Origin: an uncultured Acidimicrobiales bacterium
Lineage (GTDB): Bacteria; Actinomycetota; Acidimicrobiia; Acidimicrobiales; UBA10347
Length of the DNA: 64,000 nucleotides
Assembly (NCBI GenBank): GCA_943788915.1
Contig: CALSSD010000010.1
Span: 558,001 to 622,000 of the forward strand
Reading direction: 5' to 3'
This document shows, piece after piece, positions 30,301 to 39,648 of the stretch. A model generated the notes under the pieces. It saw only the letters and a list, made by a program, of their open reading frames with translations. It had not been told where the DNA came from and did no database searches. The stretch's first letter is position 1. Every line of letters starts with the position of its first letter. The position numbers and the translations under genes are program-made.

Positions 30301-30957
30301 GTGCGTATCTTGCTCGTCGAGGACGATCTTCAGCTTCTGGCTGCCACGGCTCGGGGCCTGCGGAACTCCGGGTTCGCCGTAGATGTCGCTGACCGCGGCG
30401 AAGATGCCTTGGCGAAGACGGCAGTGACTGAGTACGACGTTGTGGTGCTCGACCGCGACCTGCCGGGTATGCACGGCGATGATGTGTGCCGGTCGATCGC
30501 GGCTGGGTCAGCCCGGATCTTGATGCTGACTGCGTTTGACTCTCTCGACGACCGGGTAGCGGGGCTCGGCCTTGGGGCTGACGACTATCTGGTCAAGCCG
30601 TTCCATCTCCGGGAGCTCTTGGCGAGAATCCACGCGTTGGGTCGCCGGCCGGCGCAAAGCGCAGCGCCGGTGCTCGAGGTCGGCGATTGTCGGCTCGACC
30701 CGCACCAACGCGTGGTCCATCGGGCCAACCGAGTGATCAGCCTGACACCGAAAGAGTTCGGGGTGTTGGAGGTATTGATGAAGCAGAGCCCGGCTCCGGT
30801 GAGCGCGGAACTGCTCCTGGAAAAGGTCTGGGATGAGCACGCAGATCCGTTCACCAACGCAGTGCGGGTCACGATGGTGACGCTGCGCCGCAAGCTTGGT
30901 GCGCCGCCACTAATCGAGACCGTCAAGTCGGTCGGTTACCGGGTAACGGCGAGGTGA
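30301..30957 (+). CDS. OmpR-family response regulator (CutR/VanR-like)
   Basis: LLVEDD, VLDRDLPG, GADDYLVKPF, WDEHADPFTNAVRVT..LRRKLG. Confidence 0.92.
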   Translation: MRILLVEDDLQLLAATARGLRNSGFAVDVADRGEDALAKTAVTEYDVVVLDRDLPGMHGDDVCRSIAAGSARILMLTAFDSLDDRVAGLGLGADDYLVKPFHLRELLARIHALGRRPAQSAAPVLEVGDCRLDPHQRVVHRANRVISLTPKEFGVLEVLMKQSPAPVSAELLLEKVWDEHADPFTNAVRVTMVTLRRKLGAPPLIETVKSVGYRVTAR

Positions 30958-32220
30958 TGGCTCGACTCGGCCTACGGGGTCGAGCTGCGGTTGGTTTCGC
31001 GGCAAGTTGTGCGGTTGCGATCGTTGTCTCCCTCGCCGCGGCGGGGGCCTTGCTCACCGGCGGACTCCAGGCCGGCGACGACGGCGAGTACCTGACAGAG
31101 GCGCTGCGGGAACTCGGGACCGAGCGAGGTGTGGACGCCACCGACATTGCTCCTCTTCTGGACTTGGCACTCGATGACGCACCCGTCGAGCTGGACGACG
31201 TCCCGACGCGGTGGCCAGCTTGATACTGCTCAGTACGCATTGCTCGATGAGGCATTGGACAGGGCGGAGGAGAAGCAGTTCGATGCCACGGTCGGCCTCT
31301 TTGCTCAGATCGCAGTAGGCGTGGCGATTGCCGGAACCCTGGCGGCAGGCGCCGTCGCGTGGACGCTGATGAATCGGCTGCTCGGCCCCGTGGAGCAGCT
31401 TTCGCTGGCGGCGGCGGACGCAGCCGTTGGTGACCTGAGCCAGCGGATCCGCCTCGATGGCCCTGACGATGAACTCAAACGCCTCGCTGACACGTTCGAC
31501 GACATGCTCGAGCAACTGGAAGCGTCCTTCGAGCGGCAGAGTCAGTTCTCCGCGAATGCTGCTCACGAACTCCGCACACCCTTGGCCGTCATACGAGCAG
31601 AGCTCGATGCCGTACGTTCGACCTCGACCGCCTCGCCAGAACAGCTCGAGTTTGCAGAGGTCATCGACCGCGCCACCACCCGAGCGGAAGGTCTGGTCGG
31701 TGCGCTGCTGCAGTTGGGGAAGGCCGAGGCTGGTGTCCGTCGTATGGACAATGTCGATCTCGGCGAGATCGTTGGCGATGTCGTCCAACGACAGATTGTG
31801 GCTTTCACGAGCGCTGGCCTCCAGATTGAACTGGATCTCGGCGAGGGGGACACAGCCCAGGTCGATGGTGACGCTGCTCTACTCGACGTCATGGCCCTCA
31901 ATCTGATCGACAACGCGCTCAACCACTCCCGGCCAGACACAACCGTCGAAATGTCCGTGATGTCGGAAACCGATGGCACCGTGACCCTGACCGTCTGCAA
32001 CGAAGCCGATGGGCTCGATGACGATCTCACGAGACTCACCGACCCGTACCGCCGCGGTCGTCACACAGAACGTGGCCACGGGCACGGGCTCGGTCTGACG
32101 ATCATCCAAACCGTCGCCGCTGCCCACAATGCCATTCTGTCGATTGAGCAACTGAATGACGAGAGGTTTCGGGCGATGGTTCACTTCCCGGCACCAGCGG
32201 TCTCGTCCGGTCAGGGTTGA
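30954..32220 (+). CDS. HAMP sensor histidine kinase (frameshift near 31203)
   Basis: TM1 in ORF 30954-31223 continues in ORF 31129-32220: DELKRLADTFD, AAHELRTPL, NLIDNA, GHGLGL. Confidence 0.87.
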
Positions 32221-32293
32221 GCCCGAGGGCACCACCGGGGACGGCCACATCAACCATACGTTCTCCAAATCTCGTCGATGTCATGTTCACAAC

Positions 32294-33217
32294 ATGAACA
32301 CATCGATGAAACCCCAGCCCCGAGCGTTCCGTCGATCCATCGGCCCATGGCTGGTTACGGCGCTGTTGTTCATTCTTGCTTCGCTGCCGGTTGGCATGCG
32401 ACTCGCGGACCCCGACGCCGCTGCCCAGGAAGACGCTGAGGCGGCTGCTGAAGTCGCGACATCTGAATCGCCCGGGCCGGTCGCCGCCGAACCGGAAGAG
32501 GCCGAAGGGCGAGAGGTACCGAACGAGGAGCACGAAGGAGGTGAGGACGGGGAAGCGGGTCAGGCCGAAGTCGGCGGTGGGTTCCTCTCGCGCTTCTTTT
32601 CTAGCGACGGCATTGTTCCCCGAGTCCTATTGCCAGTCCACATCGTGTTGAGCGGCCTCATGAACCTTGTTGGCCCGTTCCAGTTCAACAGTGTCATCCG
32701 GCGACGTTGGACGACTGTCCACCGTCGGCTCGGCTACACCTTCTTCCCGGCAGCGATCGGTGCCGGGATCACGGCAATCCTGATCACGGTCATCAACCCC
32801 ACTCGGTACACCACGCTGAACTACCTCAGCAACTGGGCCTTCGGCGGATGGCTAGCCGCGACCGCGGTGATGGCGCTGGTCATGATCCGCCGCCGCCAGA
32901 TTCGAAGTCACCAGCGATGGGCCATCCGCGCCTTTGGAGCAGCGCTCACCGTGGCAATCCACCGCGTCTGGGGAGTGGTCGCACTGGCGATACCACCTCT
33001 CGACTCCGACGCGATTCCCGCAGACGTCAAGGACATCATGCTGTCGTTGTCGACCATCGCCGTTGCCGAGGCCCTGGCCCGAAGATCGGGCCGAGGACGT
33101 GGGTCGCGTCGAAGGAGACTCGAGCCTGAAGTAGGGACGAGAAAACGAGGCCAGGATGATCTGCTGACCGCAGGCCCGGCGTCCGCTCCGCCTCCACAGT
33201 CAATTGCGACGAACTGA
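32294..33217 (+). CDS. Membrane protein, DUF2306-like
   Basis: PVHIV..GPFQF..IRRRWTTVHRRLGY, IRSHQRWAIRAF; acidic N-terminal loop. Confidence 0.7.
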   Translation: MNTSMKPQPRAFRRSIGPWLVTALLFILASLPVGMRLADPDAAAQEDAEAAAEVATSESPGPVAAEPEEAEGREVPNEEHEGGEDGEAGQAEVGGGFLSRFFSSDGIVPRVLLPVHIVLSGLMNLVGPFQFNSVIRRRWTTVHRRLGYTFFPAAIGAGITAILITVINPTRYTTLNYLSNWAFGGWLAATAVMALVMIRRRQIRSHQRWAIRAFGAALTVAIHRVWGVVALAIPPLDSDAIPADVKDIMLSLSTIAVAEALARRSGRGRGSRRRRLEPEVGTRKRGQDDLLTAGPASAPPPQSIATN

Positions 33218-33403
33218 TCCGGCAACAGGGATCCTGAGCTGGCGAAACGCCTACGCTGAAGCCAAGTCAGCGCTCCAGGGGGCGCGTGTACTTTGGGTTA
33301 AAGTCGCCCCTCCGACACAAGCGTTAGTACACGCGTCACGCTCCCGAGGCTCTGTTGCCGAGGGGCGGACGCCGGTGTCACATGGGTCGAGTAGCCTGAC
33401 GGA

Positions 33404-33884
33404 GTGACACGGAAAGTGTGGACTGCGGCCGAACTCGAGGCGATGGACCCCTCCGAGGTCGACGCGATCTTCGAGGACAGCATCACCTGGGAGCGGATGC
33501 TCCCCAAGAGCTGTTGGCTCGTAGCCGTGAGCGGATCTTGCGTCGGATCGAAGAGACCGAACATTCTCAGCGGTCTTGACCGATCGGCGTCCGGTTCGGG
33601 CGACGTATGGGTTCTTCGAGGATCTCGACCGTCAGCTGGGTTCGGAGCGAGGACCGAACGGTTAACCGTCGACTGCGGACTTCCAGTCGATCGAGCTGTT
33701 GCGGGTCGTCGACCGATTTGCCGTGCAGTTCGACGATCTCCCCGACCTGATCCCGGGTCGAAGTGACTATCGGGTCCTGCTCACCAGCGGTGTGGTGGTC
33801 AGGGCGCTCAACGTTGTCGGCCAGCTCGCCTCTGATGGCGCCATCGAACTCGTCTCCATCGTCATCGACCTCGGCTGGGACTGA
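33404..33884 (+). pseudogene. Disrupted pair of small overlapping genes (toxin-antitoxin-like layout)
   Basis: Gene A 33404-33579 with frameshift near 33492; gene B TTG 33576-33884 with in-frame TAA at 33663; TTGA overlap. Confidence 0.5.
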
Positions 33885-34102
33885 CGTGAGGTGGTCACGT
33901 TCTCGGCTGTTTTCTGTTCAAGGGGTGTCGCGTTGCTATTGGTTTGCTAATGGCATCCAGCACCCTGGAGCGGTGACGAGCGGCAGGGAGCAGATTGGCC
34001 GGTCGCCAGACCGGAGCCGGGACTGTGGATTGGTGAGCGGAAACGCCGCAAAAGTCGGGGCGGTGGAATGTTGCGGGGGCCGGGTCGGTTACCCTTCATG
34101 TG

Positions 34103-34642
34103 ATGGCGAGCAAGCGAATCCGTACCTACGGAGATCCCGTACTGAACACCAAAGCCAGCGATGTCACCGATATCGACGGCAAGTTCATCAAACTCTGCGA
34201 TGACATGTTCGTCGCTATGTACGACGCACCTGGGATTGGCCTAGCTGCACCTCAGGTGGGTGTGCAGAAGCGTTTCTTCGTCTACGACTACGCCGACGAA
34301 CCCGGCGTATTGATCAACCCAACCATCACCGAATCAGATGGTGAATGGGTCTTCGAAGAAGGTTGTCTTTCAGTGCCCGGTATGTCGTTCGATATCGTGC
34401 GGCCCAAACAGATCCTGGTGTCGGGCATTGACCTCGACGGCAACGAAATCACACTCGAAGCCGACGAACTCTTCAGCCGTCTCATTCAGCACGAGATAGA
34501 TCATCTCGATGGTGTGTTGTTGCTCGAACACCTCGACGATGATCAGCGCCGCGAAGCGCTGATAGAACTCAACGCTCGCAACGTTGCCGCCGAAGCCGAA
34601 CGTGCGCTCAAGGCGACCACCGGCGGACTGCAGCTTCCGTAA
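34103..34642 (+). CDS. def: Peptide deformylase
   Basis: GIGLAAPQVG, EGCLS, QHEIDHLDG. Confidence 0.97.
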   Translation: MASKRIRTYGDPVLNTKASDVTDIDGKFIKLCDDMFVAMYDAPGIGLAAPQVGVQKRFFVYDYADEPGVLINPTITESDGEWVFEEGCLSVPGMSFDIVRPKQILVSGIDLDGNEITLEADELFSRLIQHEIDHLDGVLLLEHLDDDQRREALIELNARNVAAEAERALKATTGGLQLP

Positions 34643-34650
34643 GCCGCTCT

Positions 34651-35541
34651 ATGGCCCACATCACCCATCCCGGGGGACCGGCACGTATTGTCTACCTGGG
34701 TACACCTGAGATAGCCGTAGCCCCTCTGCGTGCACTGGTCGATGCAGGCCACGACGTTGCGCTTGTCGTGACCAATCCCGATCGCCGTCGAGGGCGGGGT
34801 AAAGACCTGATGCCGACGCCCGTAAAAATTGCAGCGCTGGATCTCGGACTCGTCGTGAGCCATGACCTCGACGACGTGCTCGGGGTAGACGCATCCTTTG
34901 GTGTCGTGGTCGCCTTCGGACACATCATCGGCAACCACATCCTCGACTCACTTCCGATGGTCAATATTCATTTCTCGTTGCTTCCCCGGTGGCGAGGCGC
35001 CGCTCCACTCGAACGGGCCATATTGGCCGGCGATGAAACGACCGGTGTTTGTCTTATGGAAATTGCCGAGGCTCTCGACGAAGGCGATGTCTACGCACGG
35101 CGCGATGTTGCCATAGGCGAGTGCACACTCGATGAATTGCGCGACGCGTTGGTGCAGGCCAGCTGCGACCTGCTGGTGCAGTCGCTCAACGACGGATTAG
35201 CCACACCGGAACCGCAGTCGGGCGAGGTCACCTACGCCCGAAAGCTCACGTCTGACGACTTCGCACTCGATTTCAAGGAACCCGCTGCGCAACTCAACCG
35301 AATAATCCGGCTTGGTCGAGCGCACACCACGCTGCACGGCAAGCGGTTTGCGATCAAGGCGGCATCGGTCGACGACACAGACAGCGGACCGACACCTGGT
35401 TCGATCGACGGAGTGCGTGTTGCGACTGGGCAGGGTTGGCTGACCCTCGAGACGGTCCAGCCCGAGGGGAAGAAACCGGTGAGCGCACGTGACTGGCGAC
35501 GTGGTGCCCGCATCGATGCAGACACGGTGCTGGGCGTATGA
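34651..35541 (+). CDS. fmt: Methionyl-tRNA formyltransferase
   Basis: YLGTPE, VTNPDRRRGRG, NIHFSLLPRWRGAAP, LDEGD. Confidence 0.96.
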   Translation: MAHITHPGGPARIVYLGTPEIAVAPLRALVDAGHDVALVVTNPDRRRGRGKDLMPTPVKIAALDLGLVVSHDLDDVLGVDASFGVVVAFGHIIGNHILDSLPMVNIHFSLLPRWRGAAPLERAILAGDETTGVCLMEIAEALDEGDVYARRDVAIGECTLDELRDALVQASCDLLVQSLNDGLATPEPQSGEVTYARKLTSDDFALDFKEPAAQLNRIIRLGRAHTTLHGKRFAIKAASVDDTDSGPTPGSIDGVRVATGQGWLTLETVQPEGKKPVSARDWRRGARIDADTVLGV

Positions 35542-36659
35542 GCTCGCGCCAGGTTGCGTTCGACACCTTAAAAAGAATCGATCACAAAGGAGCGTTCGCG
35601 AACCTGGTACTCGACGGTGAACTCAAGCGGTCCGGTCTCGACGAGCAGGATCGACGCTTCACTACCCAGATGGTCTACGGAACGACCCGCATGCGCCGAG
35701 CCTGCGACTTCCTCGTGGATCGTTTCGTGGAACGCGAGGTCGACCCGGCAGTGCGCACACTGCTTCGGCTCGGGGCCTATCAGCTGCATTATCTCTCGAC
35801 GCCTGATCATGCTGCGGTCGACGCCACGGTTGGGATTGCGCCAAAGCGGGCCCGAGGTTTCGTCAATGCAGTGCTTCGTAAGGTGGCGAGCAGCAGCTCC
35901 GACGTGGAGTGGCCAAGCGACGCGGTACGACTGAGTTATCCCGATTGGTTGTTGGAACAGTTGGTCAACGACCATGGCACTGATGATGCACTCGCGATGC
36001 TCGAGCGTATGAACGTCGAGCCCAGCGTCCATGAACGCTCCGACGGGTATGTGCAGGATCCAGCTTCGCAGTGGGTGTGTGACATGGTCGACGCACAACC
36101 AGGTGATCTGATCCTCGACACCTGCGCGGCCCCGGGTGGCAAGGCAACACTGTTAGCCCAGTCGGGTGCGCACATTGTCGCTGCCGACCGAGGCATCAAA
36201 CGCACCAGGCTGGTAGCTGCGAACGCGCAGCGCACCGGAGCCGCCTCGGTTTCCGCTGTTGTCGCCGATGGCACGGCGCCGCCATTTCGTTACGACGCTT
36301 TCGACCGAGTGTTAGTCGATGCGCCCTGCTCCGGATTGGGCGTCCTTCGCCGACGAGCCGACGCACGATGGCGCATCGATGCCGAAGCCATCGAACGGTT
36401 GACCAGGCTGCAAACTCGTTTGCTGGCCGAAGGAGCCAAGGCGGTGACACCCGGAGGCCGACTTGTCTATTCCGTCTGCACGGTAACCAAGGCCGAGACC
36501 ACGGCGATAGCAGCCACCCTCGATGCTGGTTTCGAGCCGATCGACGTGCCTGAGATCAACCCGATCTGGCGGCGATGGGGCGAAGCCGGTGGATGCCTTC
36601 TTCCCCAAGATCAAGATAGTGATGGTATGGCCGTCTTTGCATGGCGTCGGATCAGCTAG
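35538..36659 (+). CDS. rsmB: 16S rRNA m5C methyltransferase RsmB/Sun (NusB-like N-terminus)
   Basis: GFVNAVLR, DTCAAPGGKA, DAPCSGLG, YSVCT. Confidence 0.9.
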   Translation: MSSRQVAFDTLKRIDHKGAFANLVLDGELKRSGLDEQDRRFTTQMVYGTTRMRRACDFLVDRFVEREVDPAVRTLLRLGAYQLHYLSTPDHAAVDATVGIAPKRARGFVNAVLRKVASSSSDVEWPSDAVRLSYPDWLLEQLVNDHGTDDALAMLERMNVEPSVHERSDGYVQDPASQWVCDMVDAQPGDLILDTCAAPGGKATLLAQSGAHIVAADRGIKRTRLVAANAQRTGAASVSAVVADGTAPPFRYDAFDRVLVDAPCSGLGVLRRRADARWRIDAEAIERLTRLQTRLLAEGAKAVTPGGRLVYSVCTVTKAETTAIAATLDAGFEPIDVPEINPIWRRWGEAGGCLLPQDQDSDGMAVFAWRRIS

Positions 36660-36668
36660 GTTCTACCG

Positions 36669-37157
36669 ATGCCAGATCATGACACCGCCGGTTTGGCGGC
36701 CAAGGTGCTCACTGTTTCCGATGGGGTAGTGCACGGCACTCGCGAAGACCGGTCGGGCGTGGTGCTCGTCGAGTTGTTGACCGAACACGGCTACGACGTT
36801 GTTGAACAACGTGTCGTTGCCGATGGCGTCGAGAACGTCTCCCAAGCGCTGATTGAGTTATCCGAGAATTTCTCCGGGGTGGTCGTCACCACTGGTGGCA
36901 CGGGCTTCGGGCCTCGTGATCTGACACCCGAAGGCACCCGTCTGGTTCTAGAGCGAGAAGCGCCGGGCATCTCTGAAGCCATGAGACTCGTGAATCCGCT
37001 CGGTCGGCTTAGCCGGGCGATTGCAGGCACCCGAGGGACAGCGCTGATCGTGAACGCGCCCGGGTCGCCCAAAGGGGCGGTCGAAACCGTGACCGCAGTC
37101 ATCGATGTACTCCCGCATGCCGTCCGTCTGATGACGGCTGCACCAACGGACCACTAA
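36669..37157 (+). CDS. Molybdopterin adenylyltransferase MogA/MoaB family
   Basis: LTVSD, TTGGTGFGPRDLTPE, NAPGSPKG. Confidence 0.9.
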   Translation: MPDHDTAGLAAKVLTVSDGVVHGTREDRSGVVLVELLTEHGYDVVEQRVVADGVENVSQALIELSENFSGVVVTTGGTGFGPRDLTPEGTRLVLEREAPGISEAMRLVNPLGRLSRAIAGTRGTALIVNAPGSPKGAVETVTAVIDVLPHAVRLMTAAPTDH

Positions 37158-38167
37158 TGGCTGATCGACGCGACGCCGACTACATGGGTAGGGCCATCAA
37201 CGTGGCCGATGCATCCCGCCTGATCGCGCCGCCAAATCCGTGGGTGGGCGCTGCAATCGCTTCGGGCACGGCTGTCTTCACCGGCGCAACGTCGCAGTAC
37301 GGGGGTCCGCATGCCGAGATCAACGCATTGGCCGAAGCCGGCGAAGATGCCCGCGGTGCGACCATGTACACCACGCTCGAGCCTTGTTGTCACCAAGGCC
37401 AGACCGGGCCGTGTACCGAGGCCATCATCAACGCTGGAATCACCCGGGTTGTTATCGCCCTGGCCGACCCTGACCCGCTGGTGGCTGGTAAGGGGATCGA
37501 ACGACTCCGTGCCGCCGGGATCGAAGTCGATGTGGGTGTTGGTGCTGCTCGTGTCGAACGTCAGCTACGCCCGTATCTGCATCATCGGCGCACCGGCCGG
37601 CCGCTTGTTGTTCTGAAGCTGGCGGCAACACTCGACGGGTTCACTGCTGCGCCCGATCGCTCCAGCAAATGGATTACTGGCCCCGAGGCCCGTTCCGATA
37701 GCCACCGTCTACGAGCCGAGAGCGACGCACTCCTTGTCGGTGCTGGCACGATTCGTGCCGACGACCCAGCACTTACCGTCCGTGACTTCGCTCCTATTGG
37801 TGTTAACGGCGACGAGATTCAGCCACTACGCGTCGTGCTCGGTTCAGCTCCAGCAGACGCCCGTGCACAGCCGCTTATCGAGCTCAGCGGCGAACTCGAC
37901 GACGTGCTTGTTGACCTTGCTGGCCGGGGCGTTTTGCAACTTATGGTCGAGGGTGGTGCCCATGTGGCAGGTGCCTTCCACCGCGAGGGTCTTATCGACC
38001 GGTACGTCATCTATCTCGCTCCCGCACTGTTCGGTGGGGACGACGCTCGACCGCTCTTCTCAGGTCCGGGTGCGCCCACGATCGGCGATATTTGGAGGGG
38101 CGAGATCATCGATGTTCGCCAACTTGGCTCCGATGTACGCATCGAGATGCGTCCCCGGGCGAACTAA
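37157..38167 (+). CDS. ribD: Riboflavin biosynthesis deaminase/reductase
   Basis: PNPWVG, HAE, TLEPCCH..TGPC, SKWITG, VEGG. Confidence 0.95.
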   Translation: MADRRDADYMGRAINVADASRLIAPPNPWVGAAIASGTAVFTGATSQYGGPHAEINALAEAGEDARGATMYTTLEPCCHQGQTGPCTEAIINAGITRVVIALADPDPLVAGKGIERLRAAGIEVDVGVGAARVERQLRPYLHHRRTGRPLVVLKLAATLDGFTAAPDRSSKWITGPEARSDSHRLRAESDALLVGAGTIRADDPALTVRDFAPIGVNGDEIQPLRVVLGSAPADARAQPLIELSGELDDVLVDLAGRGVLQLMVEGGAHVAGAFHREGLIDRYVIYLAPALFGGDDARPLFSGPGAPTIGDIWRGEIIDVRQLGSDVRIEMRPRAN

Positions 38168-38217
38168 CGTCCACGGGTCGGATCACGGCTAACCAGCGTG
38201 TCCGAAGGTGAGCACTG

Positions 38218-38508
38218 TCAGAGCTTCGTTTTCGGCGGGTGGTGTTCGATACGACGCACTTCCCACCGTTCGATCTTGATCAACAATGTGCCAGCGCCAA
38301 TCAAACAAGCTGCAGCCACCATCCACAACCCGTAGTTGGTGTCGCCGCGGCCAGCAACATCGACGGGACGATCATCGCCGAGCACCGGGTTGCCCGGCGG
38401 GAATTCCGTGTCGATCTCTTGAGCTGCAACGGGACCTGCGGTACCCACGGCAACGACCACACAACCGAGGAGTGCGGCCAGAACGATCGAGGTGAGCCAC
38501 GTACGCAT
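38218..38508 (-). CDS. Small hypothetical membrane protein (signal peptide + C-terminal TM)
   Basis: Signal-like N-terminus ending VAA-Q, hydrophobic helix, basic tail. Confidence 0.55.
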   Translation of the reverse strand: MRTWLTSIVLAALLGCVVVAVGTAGPVAAQEIDTEFPPGNPVLGDDRPVDVAGRGDTNYGLWMVAAACLIGAGTLLIKIERWEVRRIEHHPPKTKL

Positions 38509-38619
38509 GCTGCTTCAGTCTTACACGGGCGCGGCTTCAGTGGACATCACGTCGTAGGATCCGTGATGTCTGACCGCAGCTACTTGACGGGGATCTCATG
38601 GCCGTGAATGGCCGATGGA

Positions 38620-39045
38620 TTAGCCCTCGTCGGCCTGGGTCGAGAGCTCGACGAACGCCATCTGGATTTGTGAACGTGCCGCCTGCAGCGTCTCTTCGTG
38701 TTCGCCGAGGCGCCCAGGAAGCGCATCGACGATGGCACCCATCGCGTCGATGGCAACTTTGGCTTCACTCAGGTTCGGTGGGTTGTTGCTGAGGTGGATT
38801 GCGCCGAGTTCGTACAGACCCATTGCATGGTTCGCAACCACCATCGATGATGGTGTATCGGCCAAACGCTCTCGAGCTTCGGCGAGTTCTGCTGCCATGG
38901 CCTGAGCTTGGGCAATCTCCTCAGGGCTCATGTCATCGAGCGACGGAGCGCCCGGAATGCCGTCACCTGCGCCGGCTGGCGGGGCAGATGGTACTGGTTG
39001 TTCGCGAGGCACATCGTGCTCGCCGTCTGGTGTCCACAGGCTCAT
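38620..39045 (-). CDS. Conserved actinobacterial protein, DUF1844-like
   Basis: MSLWTPDG, ANHAMGLYELGAIHL, EAKVAIDA, LQAARSQIQMAFV. Confidence 0.7.
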   Translation of the reverse strand: MSLWTPDGEHDVPREQPVPSAPPAGAGDGIPGAPSLDDMSPEEIAQAQAMAAELAEARERLADTPSSMVVANHAMGLYELGAIHLSNNPPNLSEAKVAIDAMGAIVDALPGRLGEHEETLQAARSQIQMAFVELSTQADEG

Positions 39046-39187
39046 GTCGCGCATCCTACTGGCGTACGTGGTCGGTCTGGCCGGGTCGGGCCAGCACATG
39101 GCGGCAGCCGAGCGATGAGAAACCCCATGACACCGCATGGACTCTCTACACTGACGCCGCAGAACGAGGTCAACAAGGGGCACACAC

Positions 39188-39628
39188 GTGCGAATTTCAT
39201 TGGGTAGCGATCATGCAGGTTTTGAACTAAAGCAGCATCTGATCGAGTTCTTGCGGGTCGCTGGCCACGAGATCATCGATTGCGGGACGGACAGCGATGA
39301 GTCGGTCGACTACCCCGAGTTCTGTGCGAACGCTGCCCGGGCAGTTGTTGCTGGAGATGCCGACCTTGGCATCGTGATGGGCGGCTCCGGACAGGGTGAA
39401 CAGCTCGCGGCCAACAAGGTGAAGGGCGTACGGGCCGCGCTCTGCAACGATCTTTACCTTGCGCGTATGGCTCGTTCACACAACGACGCGAATGTATTGT
39501 CGATTGGCGCCCGGGTCGTCGGTACTGGTTTGGCCGAGGAGATTGTCACGACGTTCCTTTCGACCGATTTCGAGGGTGGCCGTCATCAGCGGCGTGTCGA
39601 CCAGGTCATGGCCATCGAGAACGAGTAG
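39188..39628 (+). CDS. rpiB: Ribose-5-phosphate isomerase B
   Basis: GSDHAGFELK, VDYP, GGSGQGE, HNDAN, FEGGRHQRR. Confidence 0.95.
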   Translation: MRISLGSDHAGFELKQHLIEFLRVAGHEIIDCGTDSDESVDYPEFCANAARAVVAGDADLGIVMGGSGQGEQLAANKVKGVRAALCNDLYLARMARSHNDANVLSIGARVVGTGLAEEIVTTFLSTDFEGGRHQRRVDQVMAIENE

Positions 39629-39648
39629 TTCCCGGACTGCGTTTTGCC

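Noticed and set aside
30301..32220. Glycopeptide resistance (vanRS) locus
   Set aside because: No vanHAX-type genes; similarity is only to the broader CutR/VanR regulator group
38543..38570. 9-bp inverted repeat GACATCACG...CGTGATGTC
   Set aside because: Short and single; terminator versus operator cannot be distinguished
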